Assembly (NCBI GenBank): GCA_963845425.1
Contig: CAWJSC010000010.1
Coordinates: 451,968 to 515,967 of the forward strand
Length of the DNA: 64,000 nt
DNA from: an uncultured Microthrixaceae bacterium
GTDB lineage: Bacteria; Actinomycetota; Acidimicrobiia; Acidimicrobiales; DATDAH01
Reading direction: 5' to 3'
Part shown: positions 28,010 through 36,004 of the stretch, piece after piece
Layout: every line of letters begins with the position of its first letter
How positions within the stretch are numbered: position 1 is the stretch's first letter
Made by a program: the position numbers and the translations under genes
Notes under the pieces: model-generated
What the model was told of the DNA's origin: nothing
Database searches by the model: none
What the model saw: the letters and a program-made list of their open reading frames with translations, nothing else

Positions 28010-29572
28010 TCAGGCGCCGGCGTCGTCCTCCGCCGGGGCGTCGGGAGCCTCGGCACTAGCCTCGGGAGCCTCGGGGGCCTCGACCTCGACCTCGGCGTCG
28101 GGAGCCTCAGGGGCCTCGACCTCGGCGTCGGCTTCTGGTGCGGCCCCGGGCTCCGCGCCGGCCAGGCCGGCATCGGCCAGGGCCGCGGCCATGGCCCCGT
28201 TGCCGTCCCCGGGGGCGGGCTCGGGCTCGGCCGGGGTCTCGACCACCTTCGGCTGGCCCGTGGCCGGATCCAGACCGGCTTCCTCGTAGTACTCGGCCCA
28301 GGCCTCGTCGATCTCGCCCGACGGGCCGACGTAGTTGCCGGACTCGTCATAGGCGTGCTCGCCGAAGTGCTCCTGGTACTCGGCGGCCACGACACCACCC
28401 TCGGCGGCCTGCTTGATCGACAGGCTGATGCGGCGACGCTGGAGGTCGAGGTCGATGACCTTCACCCAGAGCTCCTCACCGGGGGTGACGACCTGCTCGG
28501 GCAGCTCGACGTGGTGGGCCGACATCTCCGAGATGTGGACCAGGCCCTCGATGCCATCGCCCACCTGGACGAAGGCGCCGAAGGGCACCAGCTTGGTGAC
28601 CCGCCCGTAGACGAGCTCGCCGACCCGGTGCCCGGACGCGAACTCCTCCCACGGATCCTGCTGGGTGGCCTTGAGCGAGAGGCTGATGCGCTCGCGGTCG
28701 AGATCGACCTCGAGGACCTGCACCTCGATCTCGTCGCCCACCGCCACGACCGAGCTCGGATGGTCGACGTGCTTCCATGACAGCTCCGAGACGTGTACGA
28801 GGCCGTCCATGCCGCCGAGGTCGACGAAGGCGCCGAAGTTGACCACCGAGGACACCACACCGGTACGGCGCTCGCCGGGCTTGAGGTTCTCGAGGAACTC
28901 CTCACGCTGCTCGCGCTGGGTCTCCTCCAGCCACGCCCGGCGGGACAGGACCACGTTGTTGCGGTTCTTGTCCAGCTCGATGATCTTGGCCTCGAGGACC
29001 TTGCCGACGTAGGGCTGCAGGTCGCGGACCCGCCGCAGCTCCACCAGGGAGGCGGGCAGGAAGCCCCGCAGGCCGATGTCGAGGATGAGGCCACCCTTGA
29101 CGACCTCGATGACCGGGCCGGAGACCATGCCCTCGGCCTCCTTGATCTCCTCGATCTTGCCCCAGGCCAGCTCGTACTGGGCCCGCTTCTTGGACAGGAT
29201 CAGGCGGCCGTCCTTGTCCTCCTTGGTGAGGACCAGCGCATCCAGGCTGTCGCCCAGGGACACGATCTCGGAGGGGTCGACGTCGTTACGGATCGACAGC
29301 TCCCGGCTGGGGATCACCCCCTCGGACTTGTACCCGATGTCCAGGAGGACCTCGTCGTGGTCCACCCGCACCACCGTCCCGGAGACCAGCTGGCCGTCCT
29401 TGACCTCGACCATGGTGGCCGAATAGGCGTCGTCGAGGCCGGCGCCGAGATCGTTCTCGACGATCTCGCGGGGGTGGTAGTTGCCCTCCGCATCGAAGGT
29501 CCCGAACGGGGACTCGTCGGCGGCAGGGGGTTCGGCGACTGCGGTCGCCGAGGAGGTGGGGGCGTCGGACAC
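28010..29572 (-). CDS. rpsA: 30S ribosomal protein S1 with an acidic Ala/Pro/Glu-rich C-terminal tail
   Basis: 520 aa with four S1 repeats (GQLVSGTVVRVDHDEVLLDIGYKSEGVIPSRELS; GMVSGPVIEVVKGGLILDIG; GERRTGVVSSVVNFGAFVDLG; GELVYGRVTKLVPFGAFVQVG). Tail: APEADAEVEAPEAPDAEVEVEAPEAPEAS. Confidence 0.96.
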   Translation of the reverse strand: MSDAPTSSATAVAEPPAADESPFGTFDAEGNYHPREIVENDLGAGLDDAYSATMVEVKDGQLVSGTVVRVDHDEVLLDIGYKSEGVIPSRELSIRNDVDPSEIVSLGDSLDALVLTKEDKDGRLILSKKRAQYELAWGKIEEIKEAEGMVSGPVIEVVKGGLILDIGLRGFLPASLVELRRVRDLQPYVGKVLEAKIIELDKNRNNVVLSRRAWLEETQREQREEFLENLKPGERRTGVVSSVVNFGAFVDLGGMDGLVHVSELSWKHVDHPSSVVAVGDEIEVQVLEVDLDRERISLSLKATQQDPWEEFASGHRVGELVYGRVTKLVPFGAFVQVGDGIEGLVHISEMSAHHVELPEQVVTPGEELWVKVIDLDLQRRRISLSIKQAAEGGVVAAEYQEHFGEHAYDESGNYVGPSGEIDEAWAEYYEEAGLDPATGQPKVVETPAEPEPAPGDGNGAMAAALADAGLAGAEPGAAPEADAEVEAPEAPDAEVEVEAPEAPEASAEAPDAPAEDDAGA

Positions 29573-29658
29573 GGGTAGAGGGACCTTGGTAGAGGGATGG
29601 GACGGAACGGTCGGGGGCGCTCCCCCCAGGACCGGCTCTGAAGGCTAGCGACCCCGGC

Positions 29659-30372
29659 TCAGGACGACTCGTCCGAGGCCCGGGCGACCACCAGGAACTC
29701 CGGTGACTCGATCGTGGCCGGATCCGCCGCATAGCGCCCGGGGCGCACCGACCAGAGGTGGTCCACGGCGAAGCCCGAGCGGCCGAGGAGCAGGCGCAGC
29801 TCCCGGGGCGTGTAGCAGGTGGTCCAGAGGTCCTGGTCGGCGGGCCGGCCCTCCTCGTCGTGGACGACCGTGGCCTCGTGCAGGACCCCGGCCGACGCGT
29901 CGAAGTCCTCGCCCTCCCCCGGGTCCCGCACGGCGAAGTAGGCCGAGAAGGCCGTGAGGGCGAGACGGCCACCGGGACGCAGGACCCGGGCCAGCTCGTC
30001 GAGCACCACCTGGTCGGGCTCGATCCCTGCGGCGAGGCCGGCGGCGGCCGGTCCCCCGGTCAGTCCGAAGCCCCCCTGACAGAGCGAGACGGCCGCGTCG
30101 ACCGAGGCGTCCGCCAGGGGCAGGCGACGGGCATCGCCCCGCACGAACGGCTGGTCGGGGGCGGCGGCGGCGGCGACCTCCAGGAACCGGGCCGATACGT
30201 CGAGGCCGACCGGGGCCAACCCGTGGCCGGCGAGCGCCCGGACGTGACGGCCGGTGGCACAGCCCAGGTCGAGGACCCGGGATCCCGCGGCCAGCTCGAG
30301 GTGGTCCACGAGGAACGCCGCCTCCTGGGCCGTGCCCTTGGTGAAGGAGTAGCGCTCGTAGGCCGCTCCCAC
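29659..30372 (-). CDS. Class I SAM-dependent methyltransferase
   Basis: Motif I: RVLDLGCATGRHVRALAGHGLAPVGLDVS. The ORF track starts at ATG 30492, but that extension overlaps a better-supported small ORF and shows relaxed GC3. GTG 30372 is preferred; the start remains uncertain. Confidence 0.75.
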   Translation of the reverse strand: MGAAYERYSFTKGTAQEAAFLVDHLELAAGSRVLDLGCATGRHVRALAGHGLAPVGLDVSARFLEVAAAAAPDQPFVRGDARRLPLADASVDAAVSLCQGGFGLTGGPAAAGLAAGIEPDQVVLDELARVLRPGGRLALTAFSAYFAVRDPGEGEDFDASAGVLHEATVVHDEEGRPADQDLWTTCYTPRELRLLLGRSGFAVDHLWSVRPGRYAADPATIESPEFLVVARASDESS

Positions 30373-30415
30373 GTGGTCGGCCAGGGGCTCGAACCAGTGG
30401 GTGGCGACGGGCCCG

Positions 30416-30598
30416 CTACCGGCTGGAGCACTCCCAGTGGGGCGGGAACGGCTGCCAGGTCTTGGGGCCGTCGAGTCCGCCGTCACAGGCATCGGAGGTG
30501 GCCACGGCCAGGCTGGCCGAGACGATGACGTACACCGCCAGCAAGAGCGAAAGGATGAACCACACGCTCGATCGGGTCTCTCGTTTGCTGGTCATCAT
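30416..30598 (-). CDS. Small single-pass membrane protein (60 aa)
   Basis: MMTSKRETRSSVWFILSLLLAVYVIVSASLAVATSDACDGG...WECSSR. GC3 is very high, and a CAGGAG Shine-Dalgarno sits just upstream of the tandem ATGs. Confidence 0.5.
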   Translation of the reverse strand: MMTSKRETRSSVWFILSLLLAVYVIVSASLAVATSDACDGGLDGPKTWQPFPPHWECSSR

Positions 30599-30649
30599 CG
30601 GCTCCTGCCTCTTGCATCGGCCGCGCGGGTGCCGCGATGAAGGACCAGT

Positions 30650-33331
30650 TCACGCCTTTGCCGCCGCCCAACTGTCACCGAATGCCAGATTGACCTCGAG
30701 CGGGACCCGCAACGCCGCCGCGCCGGAGAGGATCGACGTCGTCATCTCGGTCATCGCGTCGTGCTCCGCGGGGTCCACCTCGAGGAGGACCTCGTCATGG
30801 ACCTGCAGGATGAGACGGCTCCGGTGGTCACCGGCCAGGAGCGCGTGGTCGAGACCCACGAGGGCCACCTTGAAGATGTCGGCGGCCAGGCCCTGGATGC
30901 CGGCGTTCATGGCCTGCCGCTCCCCCGCCTGGCGGACCCGGAAGTTACTCGAGCTCAGCTCGGGGATGGGCCGGCGTCGGCCGAACAGCGTCTCGGTGTA
31001 GCCCCGTTCCCGGGCCTCGGCCACCGTGCGGTCCATGTAGTCCCGCACGGCCGGGAAGGCCTCGAAGTAGGCGTCGAGGATCGCGGCCGCCTCCTCGGTG
31101 GGGATCGAGAGGCGCTGGCCGAGGCCGTAGGCCTCCATGCCGTAGGCCAGGCCGTAGGAGACCATCTTGGCCTTCGACCGCTGCTCGCCGGAGACCTCCC
31201 CAGGGGCCACCGAGAAGATCCGCGAGGCCGTCTCGGTGTGGATGTCCCGGCCGCTCTCGAAGGCGTCGACCAGGCCCGGGTCCTCGGCCAGGTGGGCGAT
31301 GCAGCGCAGCTCTATCTGGTTGTAGTCCGCCACCAGCATCTCGAAGCCGGGGGCGGGCACGAAGGCGGTGCGGAACTCCTTGCCCGCCTCGCGGCGCACC
31401 GGGATGTTGTGCAGGTTCGGAGCGTCGGAGCTGAGGCGGCCGGTACGGGCCACGGTCTGGTTGAAGGTGGCGTGGATGCGGCCGTCGGGGGCGATCTCGG
31501 CCAGGAGGCCCTCCCCGTAGGTGCCCCGCAGCTTCTCGACCTCGCGGTAGCGCAGGAGGTGCTCGATGATCGGGTGCTGGCCGAGCAGCTTCTCGAGGCT
31601 GGCGGCGTCGGTGGAGTAGCCGGTCTTGGTCTTCTTCTGCGGCGTCAGGCCGAGCTTGTCGAAGAGGATCTCCCGCATCTGCTTGGTGGAGTTGACGTTG
31701 AACGCCTCGCCCGCGTCCTCGACGATCTGGGCGCTGAGGGCATCGCACTCGGTGACCAGTTGCTCGTGGATGCCCTCCAGCACGGCCCGGTCCACGGCGA
31801 TGCCCACCGCTTCCATGCGGGCCAGCACGCCGACCAGGGGCACCTCGATCTCGTCGAAGAGCTGCCGGACGCCGTTGGCCTCCAGGGACGCCTGCAGGGG
31901 GCCGACCAGGCGGTCCACCGCCAGGGCCTCCCGGGCGGCCATGAGCGACGGCGAGGTGGCGGTGTCGTCCAGGTCCAACTGGCCCTCGGCGGTCGCCGAC
32001 TGCTCGGGCAGCTGGAGCTGGGCGTAGCGGACCAGCAGCTCCTCGAGCAGGTAGCGGGACTCAGCCGGATCGAGGAGGTAGGCCGCCAGCATCGTGTCGA
32101 CGCCGAGGCCGGCGTCGACGCCGAGGTCGGTGAGGCTGCGCAGCAGGGCCTTCGCACCGTGGGCGGCCAGGTGGCGGCCCTCGGTGGGGGCGACGGCCGC
32201 GAGAGCGTCCCGCACGTCGGCCTCGGCGAGCAGGGCGGCGGGGAGCCAGGCCACCTCAGCGCCCGCCGGGTCGGTGACGAAGGCGATGCCCTGCAGGGAA
32301 CTGCGCCCGGGAGCCCCCGACCACGCCCCGGCGACCGCCACCGTGCCCTCGACGTCGACCAGGGCGGCGAGCGCCGTGACGGCATCGTCGCTCGTGGCGA
32401 CCTCGGCGACCTCGGCCTCGAGGACCTCGGTGCCGCCCAGCGACGGTCCGAGGTCGTTGTCGAAGGCTTCGGCGAGACGGTCGAAGAGCGTGCGGAATTC
32501 GAGGAAGTCGAAGAGCTGACGGACCTCCTCCGTGTCGAAGGCCTCCATGGTCAGGTCGTCGAGGTCGGTCTCGAGGGGGATGTCCCGGAGCAGGACCATG
32601 ACCTCGGCGTTGAGCCGGGCCTGGGCCTCGTGCTCGGTCAGGTTCTGACGCAGCTTGGGGGTCTGCTCGTCGACGTGGGCGAAGATGCCGTCGAGGTCGC
32701 CGTAGGTGTTGACCAGCTTGGCCGCCGTCTTCTCCCCCACCCCCGGGACGCCCGGCAGGTTGTCGGAGGGGTCGCCGCGCAGGGCGGCGTAGATGACGTA
32801 GTCGGTCGGCGCGACGCCGGTGCGCTCCTTGATGCCCGCCTCGTCGTAGTCGGCGTAGTCCGAGACGCCCCGCTTGTTGTAGATGACCCGGACGTAGGGG
32901 TCCTCCACGAGCTGGTAGGTGTCCCGGTCACCGGTGACGATGAGGACCTCGTCCTTCTGGTCGCGGGCCCGAGTGGCGAGGGTGGCCAGGATGTCGTCGG
33001 CCTCGAAGCCGGGGGCTTCCAGGATCGGGATGCGTAGCGCCTCCAGCACCTGGCGGACCAGGCCCATCTGCTGGCGCAGGATGTCGGGGGCCTCGTTGCG
33101 GGTGGCCTTGTAGGTGTCGATCCGCTCGTGGCGGAACGTGGGCTCGGGCCGGTCGAAGGCGACCACGACCTTGGTCGGCTTGTGGTCGCGGAGGAGGTTG
33201 ATCATCATCGAGGTGAAGCCGAAGACGGCGTTGGTCACCTGCCCGGAGGCGGTGGCCATGTCGGTGGGGAGGGCGAAGAAGGCCCGATACGTCAGCGAGT
33301 TGCCGTCGACCAGCATCAGCTTGTCGGGCAT
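30650..33331 (-). CDS. polA: DNA polymerase I
   Basis: 893 aa. 5' nuclease: LMLVDGNSLTYRAFFALP...LPGVPGVGEKTAAKL. Polymerase motifs: DYSQIELR-like ADYNQIELRCIAHL and QVHDEVLLE. Confidence 0.98.
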   Translation of the reverse strand: MPDKLMLVDGNSLTYRAFFALPTDMATASGQVTNAVFGFTSMMINLLRDHKPTKVVVAFDRPEPTFRHERIDTYKATRNEAPDILRQQMGLVRQVLEALRIPILEAPGFEADDILATLATRARDQKDEVLIVTGDRDTYQLVEDPYVRVIYNKRGVSDYADYDEAGIKERTGVAPTDYVIYAALRGDPSDNLPGVPGVGEKTAAKLVNTYGDLDGIFAHVDEQTPKLRQNLTEHEAQARLNAEVMVLLRDIPLETDLDDLTMEAFDTEEVRQLFDFLEFRTLFDRLAEAFDNDLGPSLGGTEVLEAEVAEVATSDDAVTALAALVDVEGTVAVAGAWSGAPGRSSLQGIAFVTDPAGAEVAWLPAALLAEADVRDALAAVAPTEGRHLAAHGAKALLRSLTDLGVDAGLGVDTMLAAYLLDPAESRYLLEELLVRYAQLQLPEQSATAEGQLDLDDTATSPSLMAAREALAVDRLVGPLQASLEANGVRQLFDEIEVPLVGVLARMEAVGIAVDRAVLEGIHEQLVTECDALSAQIVEDAGEAFNVNSTKQMREILFDKLGLTPQKKTKTGYSTDAASLEKLLGQHPIIEHLLRYREVEKLRGTYGEGLLAEIAPDGRIHATFNQTVARTGRLSSDAPNLHNIPVRREAGKEFRTAFVPAPGFEMLVADYNQIELRCIAHLAEDPGLVDAFESGRDIHTETASRIFSVAPGEVSGEQRSKAKMVSYGLAYGMEAYGLGQRLSIPTEEAAAILDAYFEAFPAVRDYMDRTVAEARERGYTETLFGRRRPIPELSSSNFRVRQAGERQAMNAGIQGLAADIFKVALVGLDHALLAGDHRSRLILQVHDEVLLEVDPAEHDAMTEMTTSILSGAAALRVPLEVNLAFGDSWAAAKA

Positions 33332-33334
33332 GGG

Positions 33335-33919
33335 TCAGCTCGCTTCCGGTGCCAGTTCCCCGTCGATGATGTCCTGGGCCACACGCTTCATCGTGTGGCG
33401 GCGGTGCATGGCGGTCTTCTGGATGAAGGCGAAGGCGTCGGACTCGCTCATCTTCTCGCGGTCCATGAGCTGGCCCTTGGCCCGGTCGACGACCTTGCGG
33501 GTCTCCAGCTGCTCCTCGAGGGACTCGGCCTGCTCGTGCAGGGCCCGCATCTCCCGGAACCGGCCGAGGGCCACCTCGAGCGCGGGCACCAGCTCGCTGC
33601 GCTGGAACGGCTTGACCAGGTAGGCCAGCGCGCCGGCGTCCCGGGCCTTCTCGATCAGGTCCCGCTGGCTGAAGGCGGTGAGGATGAGGACCGCGGCCCG
33701 ACGCTCACCGGCGATCTCCCGGGCGGCGGAGAGGCCGTCCAGGCCCGGCATCTTGATGTCGAGGATGGCGATGTCGGGCTCGAGCTGCTTGACCAGGTCG
33801 ACGGCCTCGTCACCCCGGCCGGTCTCGCCCACGACCTCGTACCCCTCCTCCTCGAGGGTCTCCTTCAGGTCCAGGCGGATGATGGCCTCGTCCTCGGCGA
33901 TGACGACTCGCGTGGACAC
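33335..33919 (-). CDS. pdtaR: ANTAR-domain response regulator (PdtaR-like)
   Basis: GTG 33919. Receiver: VVIAEDEAIIRLDLKETLEEEGY...DIAILDIKMPGLDG...AYLVKPF. ANTAR: RKVVDRAKGQLMDREKMSESDAFAFIQKTAMHRRHTMKRVAQDII. The stop lies 3 nt before the polA ATG. Confidence 0.9.
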   Translation of the reverse strand: MSTRVVIAEDEAIIRLDLKETLEEEGYEVVGETGRGDEAVDLVKQLEPDIAILDIKMPGLDGLSAAREIAGERRAAVLILTAFSQRDLIEKARDAGALAYLVKPFQRSELVPALEVALGRFREMRALHEQAESLEEQLETRKVVDRAKGQLMDREKMSESDAFAFIQKTAMHRRHTMKRVAQDIIDGELAPEAS

Positions 33920-34025
33920 GGTGGCAGGGCTCCTCGGGTGGCTCGATCTCGCGAACCGGCGACTGTACTGGCCGATGCCCGCCGGGCCGCTACGTGCTTT
34001 TCGGGACTGGTGGCGGGGCCGATCC

Positions 34026-34313
34026 TCAGGCCGGGCCGAGCTGGTCGAGGAGCCGGTCCTGGTCCCGTTCCAGCCGCTCGATCTCGACCTCGACCTCGGC
34101 CCGGTGGCGGGACAGGGCGGCGGCGTGGCGCTCCGCGTCATGGTGCTCGCGCTGGGCCAGTGCCGTCTCGGAGACCATCGCCCGGATGCGGGCGTCCTCC
34201 GCCTCCTCGCCCAACTGGTCCATCTGCTCGGCGGTGACGCCCAGCTCCTCGCGGAGGCGCTGGAGGCGGCGGGAGTTGTCCCTGAGCCGTCGCTCGACGG
34301 TCGACCGGCGCAC
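34026..34313 (-). CDS. Small coiled-coil protein (95 aa), function unknown
   Basis: GC3 is uniformly high. The sequence is heptad-like and charged: RLQRLREELGVTAEQMDQLGEEAEDARIRAM...EVEVEIERLERDQDRLLDQL. Confidence 0.6.
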   Translation of the reverse strand: MRRSTVERRLRDNSRRLQRLREELGVTAEQMDQLGEEAEDARIRAMVSETALAQREHHDAERHAAALSRHRAEVEVEIERLERDQDRLLDQLGPA

Positions 34314-34371
34314 CCCCCGAGCCTACGGGGCCGACTGGCGCGGACCGGGGACGCCCCGGCATGGTGGCGGG

Positions 34372-34848
34372 GTGCGTCGGCTGCTCGTGGTCCTGTTCCT
34401 GGCGGCCGGCCTGGCCGCCTGTGGGGGCGACGACGAGGTCGCCTGCGGGCCGGTGACCCGGGAGGCCCTCGACCCCAACTCGGGCCTGCACGTGCTGCCC
34501 GACCAGGAGGTCCCGGAGTACACGACCCAGCCGCCGACCTCGGGGGCCCACTACTCGCTGCCACCCCCGACCGGTGCCGTGTCCGACCCGATCGACCCTC
34601 CCCTCCAGGTGACGGCGCTGGAGGGCGGCATGGTGCTCGTCCAGTACCAGGACCTGTCCGACGCCGACGTGGCCGAGTTGGAGGACCTCGGCTCCGACGT
34701 CGTGATCGTGGCCCCGAACCCCGACCAGGCCGAACCGGTCGTGTTGACCGCCTGGATCACCAAGCAGACCTGCTCGGGCGTCGACCTCGACACCATCGAG
34801 ACCTTCATCAAGGACCAACAAGGCCGCGGCCCCGGCACCGACTTCTGA
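34372..34848 (+). CDS. DUF3105-like lipoprotein
   Basis: GTG 34372. Lipobox: VRRLLVVLFLAAGLAAC. PPTSGAHY motif. The upstream part of ORF 33994..34848 is antisense to the coiled-coil gene. Confidence 0.75.
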   Translation: MRRLLVVLFLAAGLAACGGDDEVACGPVTREALDPNSGLHVLPDQEVPEYTTQPPTSGAHYSLPPPTGAVSDPIDPPLQVTALEGGMVLVQYQDLSDADVAELEDLGSDVVIVAPNPDQAEPVVLTAWITKQTCSGVDLDTIETFIKDQQGRGPGTDF

Positions 34849-34922
34849 CATGGCCGAGGTGTCACACCCCCTCATCAGAATGGGGCATGACCCACAGTGC
34901 AGTCGGTAGCCTCGCCCTCAGA

Positions 34923-35007
34923 GCGGCGATGGTGGAATGTATACACGCGGCCCTCAAAAGGCCGTGGCCCTCGGGCCATGCGGGTTCGAATCCCGCTCGC
35001 CGCACCA
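34923..35007 (+). tRNA. tRNA-Leu (anticodon CAA), class II with a long variable arm; CCA encoded
   Basis: Hand-folded. Acceptor: gcggcga/tcgccgc. Anticodon stem cggcc/ggccg with loop cuCAAaa. Variable arm ggcc-cucg-ggcc. T arm gcggg-ttcgaat-cccgc. Discriminator A followed by CCA. Confidence 0.9.
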
Positions 35008-35014
35008 CTGACTG

Positions 35015-35818
35015 ATGCGACCGACTGCCGACATTCGTCGGGCACAGGTCCTCGTTGAGGCCGGGTGGCCACTCCTGCGTGTGGCCGAGGAGCTTGGCCT
35101 AGCCAGGGCGACAATTCGGAACTGGCGGGACGCGGGCTTCAACCGCTTGATTGCGTCGCGACATGAGACGCACCCGAATGCTGATCTACGCGGTCACCCA
35201 AGTCGGTTGGACGTCGGTGCGCCAGGCACACATCCGTGCGTCGCTCCATCGCTCGCCGAGGCGGTACCGGCGGCGTACGCGTACCTCCTCGGGCAGTACC
35301 TCGGCGATGGAACCGTCAGTCTCATGCCGAAGGCCGTCTACAAGGTCCGGATCTTCTGCTGCTCGCACTACCCCGGGATCATCGGGCGTTGTGTCGCCAC
35401 CGCCCGCGCTGTGCTCCCGCGCAAGGTCGGTACCTACAAGGTGCCCGACGTGAACATGGTGACGGTCACGTCCCACTGGAAGCACATGCGCTGCCTCTTC
35501 CCCCAGGACGGGCCAGGGCGCAAGCACGACCGCTTGATCATCCTGGACGACTGGCAGAACGAGATCGTGCTCGCCCACCCGCAGCGGTTCCTACGGGGCT
35601 TGATCGAGTCGGACGGTTGTCGGGTCATCAACCGGGTCAACGGCGGGGAGTACCCGCGGTACATGTTCAGCAACGCCTCCACCGACATCATGGCGCTCTG
35701 CGTCCGGACCATCGAGCAGCTCGGCCTCCACTGGACGACGGCGAACAGCCGCAACATCGCCATTTCTCGGCGAGCCGACGTCGAGTGCCTCGACTCCTTC
35801 ATCGGGCCGAAGTGGTAG
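35015..35818 (+). CDS. Free-standing LAGLIDADG-type (two-motif) homing-endonuclease-like protein with an N-terminal HTH
   Basis: 267 aa. HTH: LLRVAEELGLARATIRNWRDAG. Motif 1: AYLLGQYLGDGTV. Motif 2: FLRGLIESDGCRV. Codon usage is visibly less GC3-biased than in neighbouring genes (ATT, CGT, GTT, CTA, ACA, AAT). The ATG lies 7 nt after the tRNA CCA. Confidence 0.7.
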   Translation: MRPTADIRRAQVLVEAGWPLLRVAEELGLARATIRNWRDAGFNRLIASRHETHPNADLRGHPSRLDVGAPGTHPCVAPSLAEAVPAAYAYLLGQYLGDGTVSLMPKAVYKVRIFCCSHYPGIIGRCVATARAVLPRKVGTYKVPDVNMVTVTSHWKHMRCLFPQDGPGRKHDRLIILDDWQNEIVLAHPQRFLRGLIESDGCRVINRVNGGEYPRYMFSNASTDIMALCVRTIEQLGLHWTTANSRNIAISRRADVECLDSFIGPKW

Positions 35819-35831
35819 GTACGGTGAGGTC

Positions 35832-35939
35832 GTGGGTTGGCTGATCGGGGTCCTCGGGGTGGCGGCGGTGGTCGCGGCGGTGCGTGAGGCGCGGATCCGG
35901 TCGTTGGAGAAGCAGCACGATCCGGACCGGACACCCTGA
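35832..35939 (+). CDS. Possible 35-aa hydrophobic micropeptide
   Basis: Hand translation: VGWLIGVLGVAAVVAAVREARIRSLEKQHDPDRTP. It is below the ORF-track length cutoff, and only composition supports it. Confidence 0.2.
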   Translation: MGWLIGVLGVAAVVAAVREARIRSLEKQHDPDRTP

Positions 35940-36004
35940 GCCGGGATGAAACCAACACCGCCTCTCGCCGGTCTGACCGGCATGGCAGCGCCCGGTAGGC
36001 CGGC

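Noticed and set aside
30761-33037. A 758-aa plus-strand ORF opposite polA
   Set aside because: A shadow ORF of polA with no recognisable domains.
33994-34371. The upstream part of the 284-aa plus-strand ORF preceding the DUF3105-like lipoprotein
   Set aside because: It is antisense to the coiled-coil gene. The lipoprotein signal peptide and lipobox begin at GTG 34372, which is the sensible start.
34880-34922. A tRNA-like fragment upstream of tRNA-Leu (gcagtcggtagc resembles a D-loop)
   Set aside because: I could not fold a cloverleaf. There is no matching D-stem, T-arm or acceptor pairing, so this is probably just precursor leader sequence.
35819-36004. Search for a direct repeat of the tRNA-Leu 3' end (an att-type island boundary) downstream of the LAGLIDADG gene
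   Set aside because: Only a 7-mer (ctcgccg) recurs, which is not significant in this GC-rich context. No defined integration scar can be claimed, and no integrase is present.
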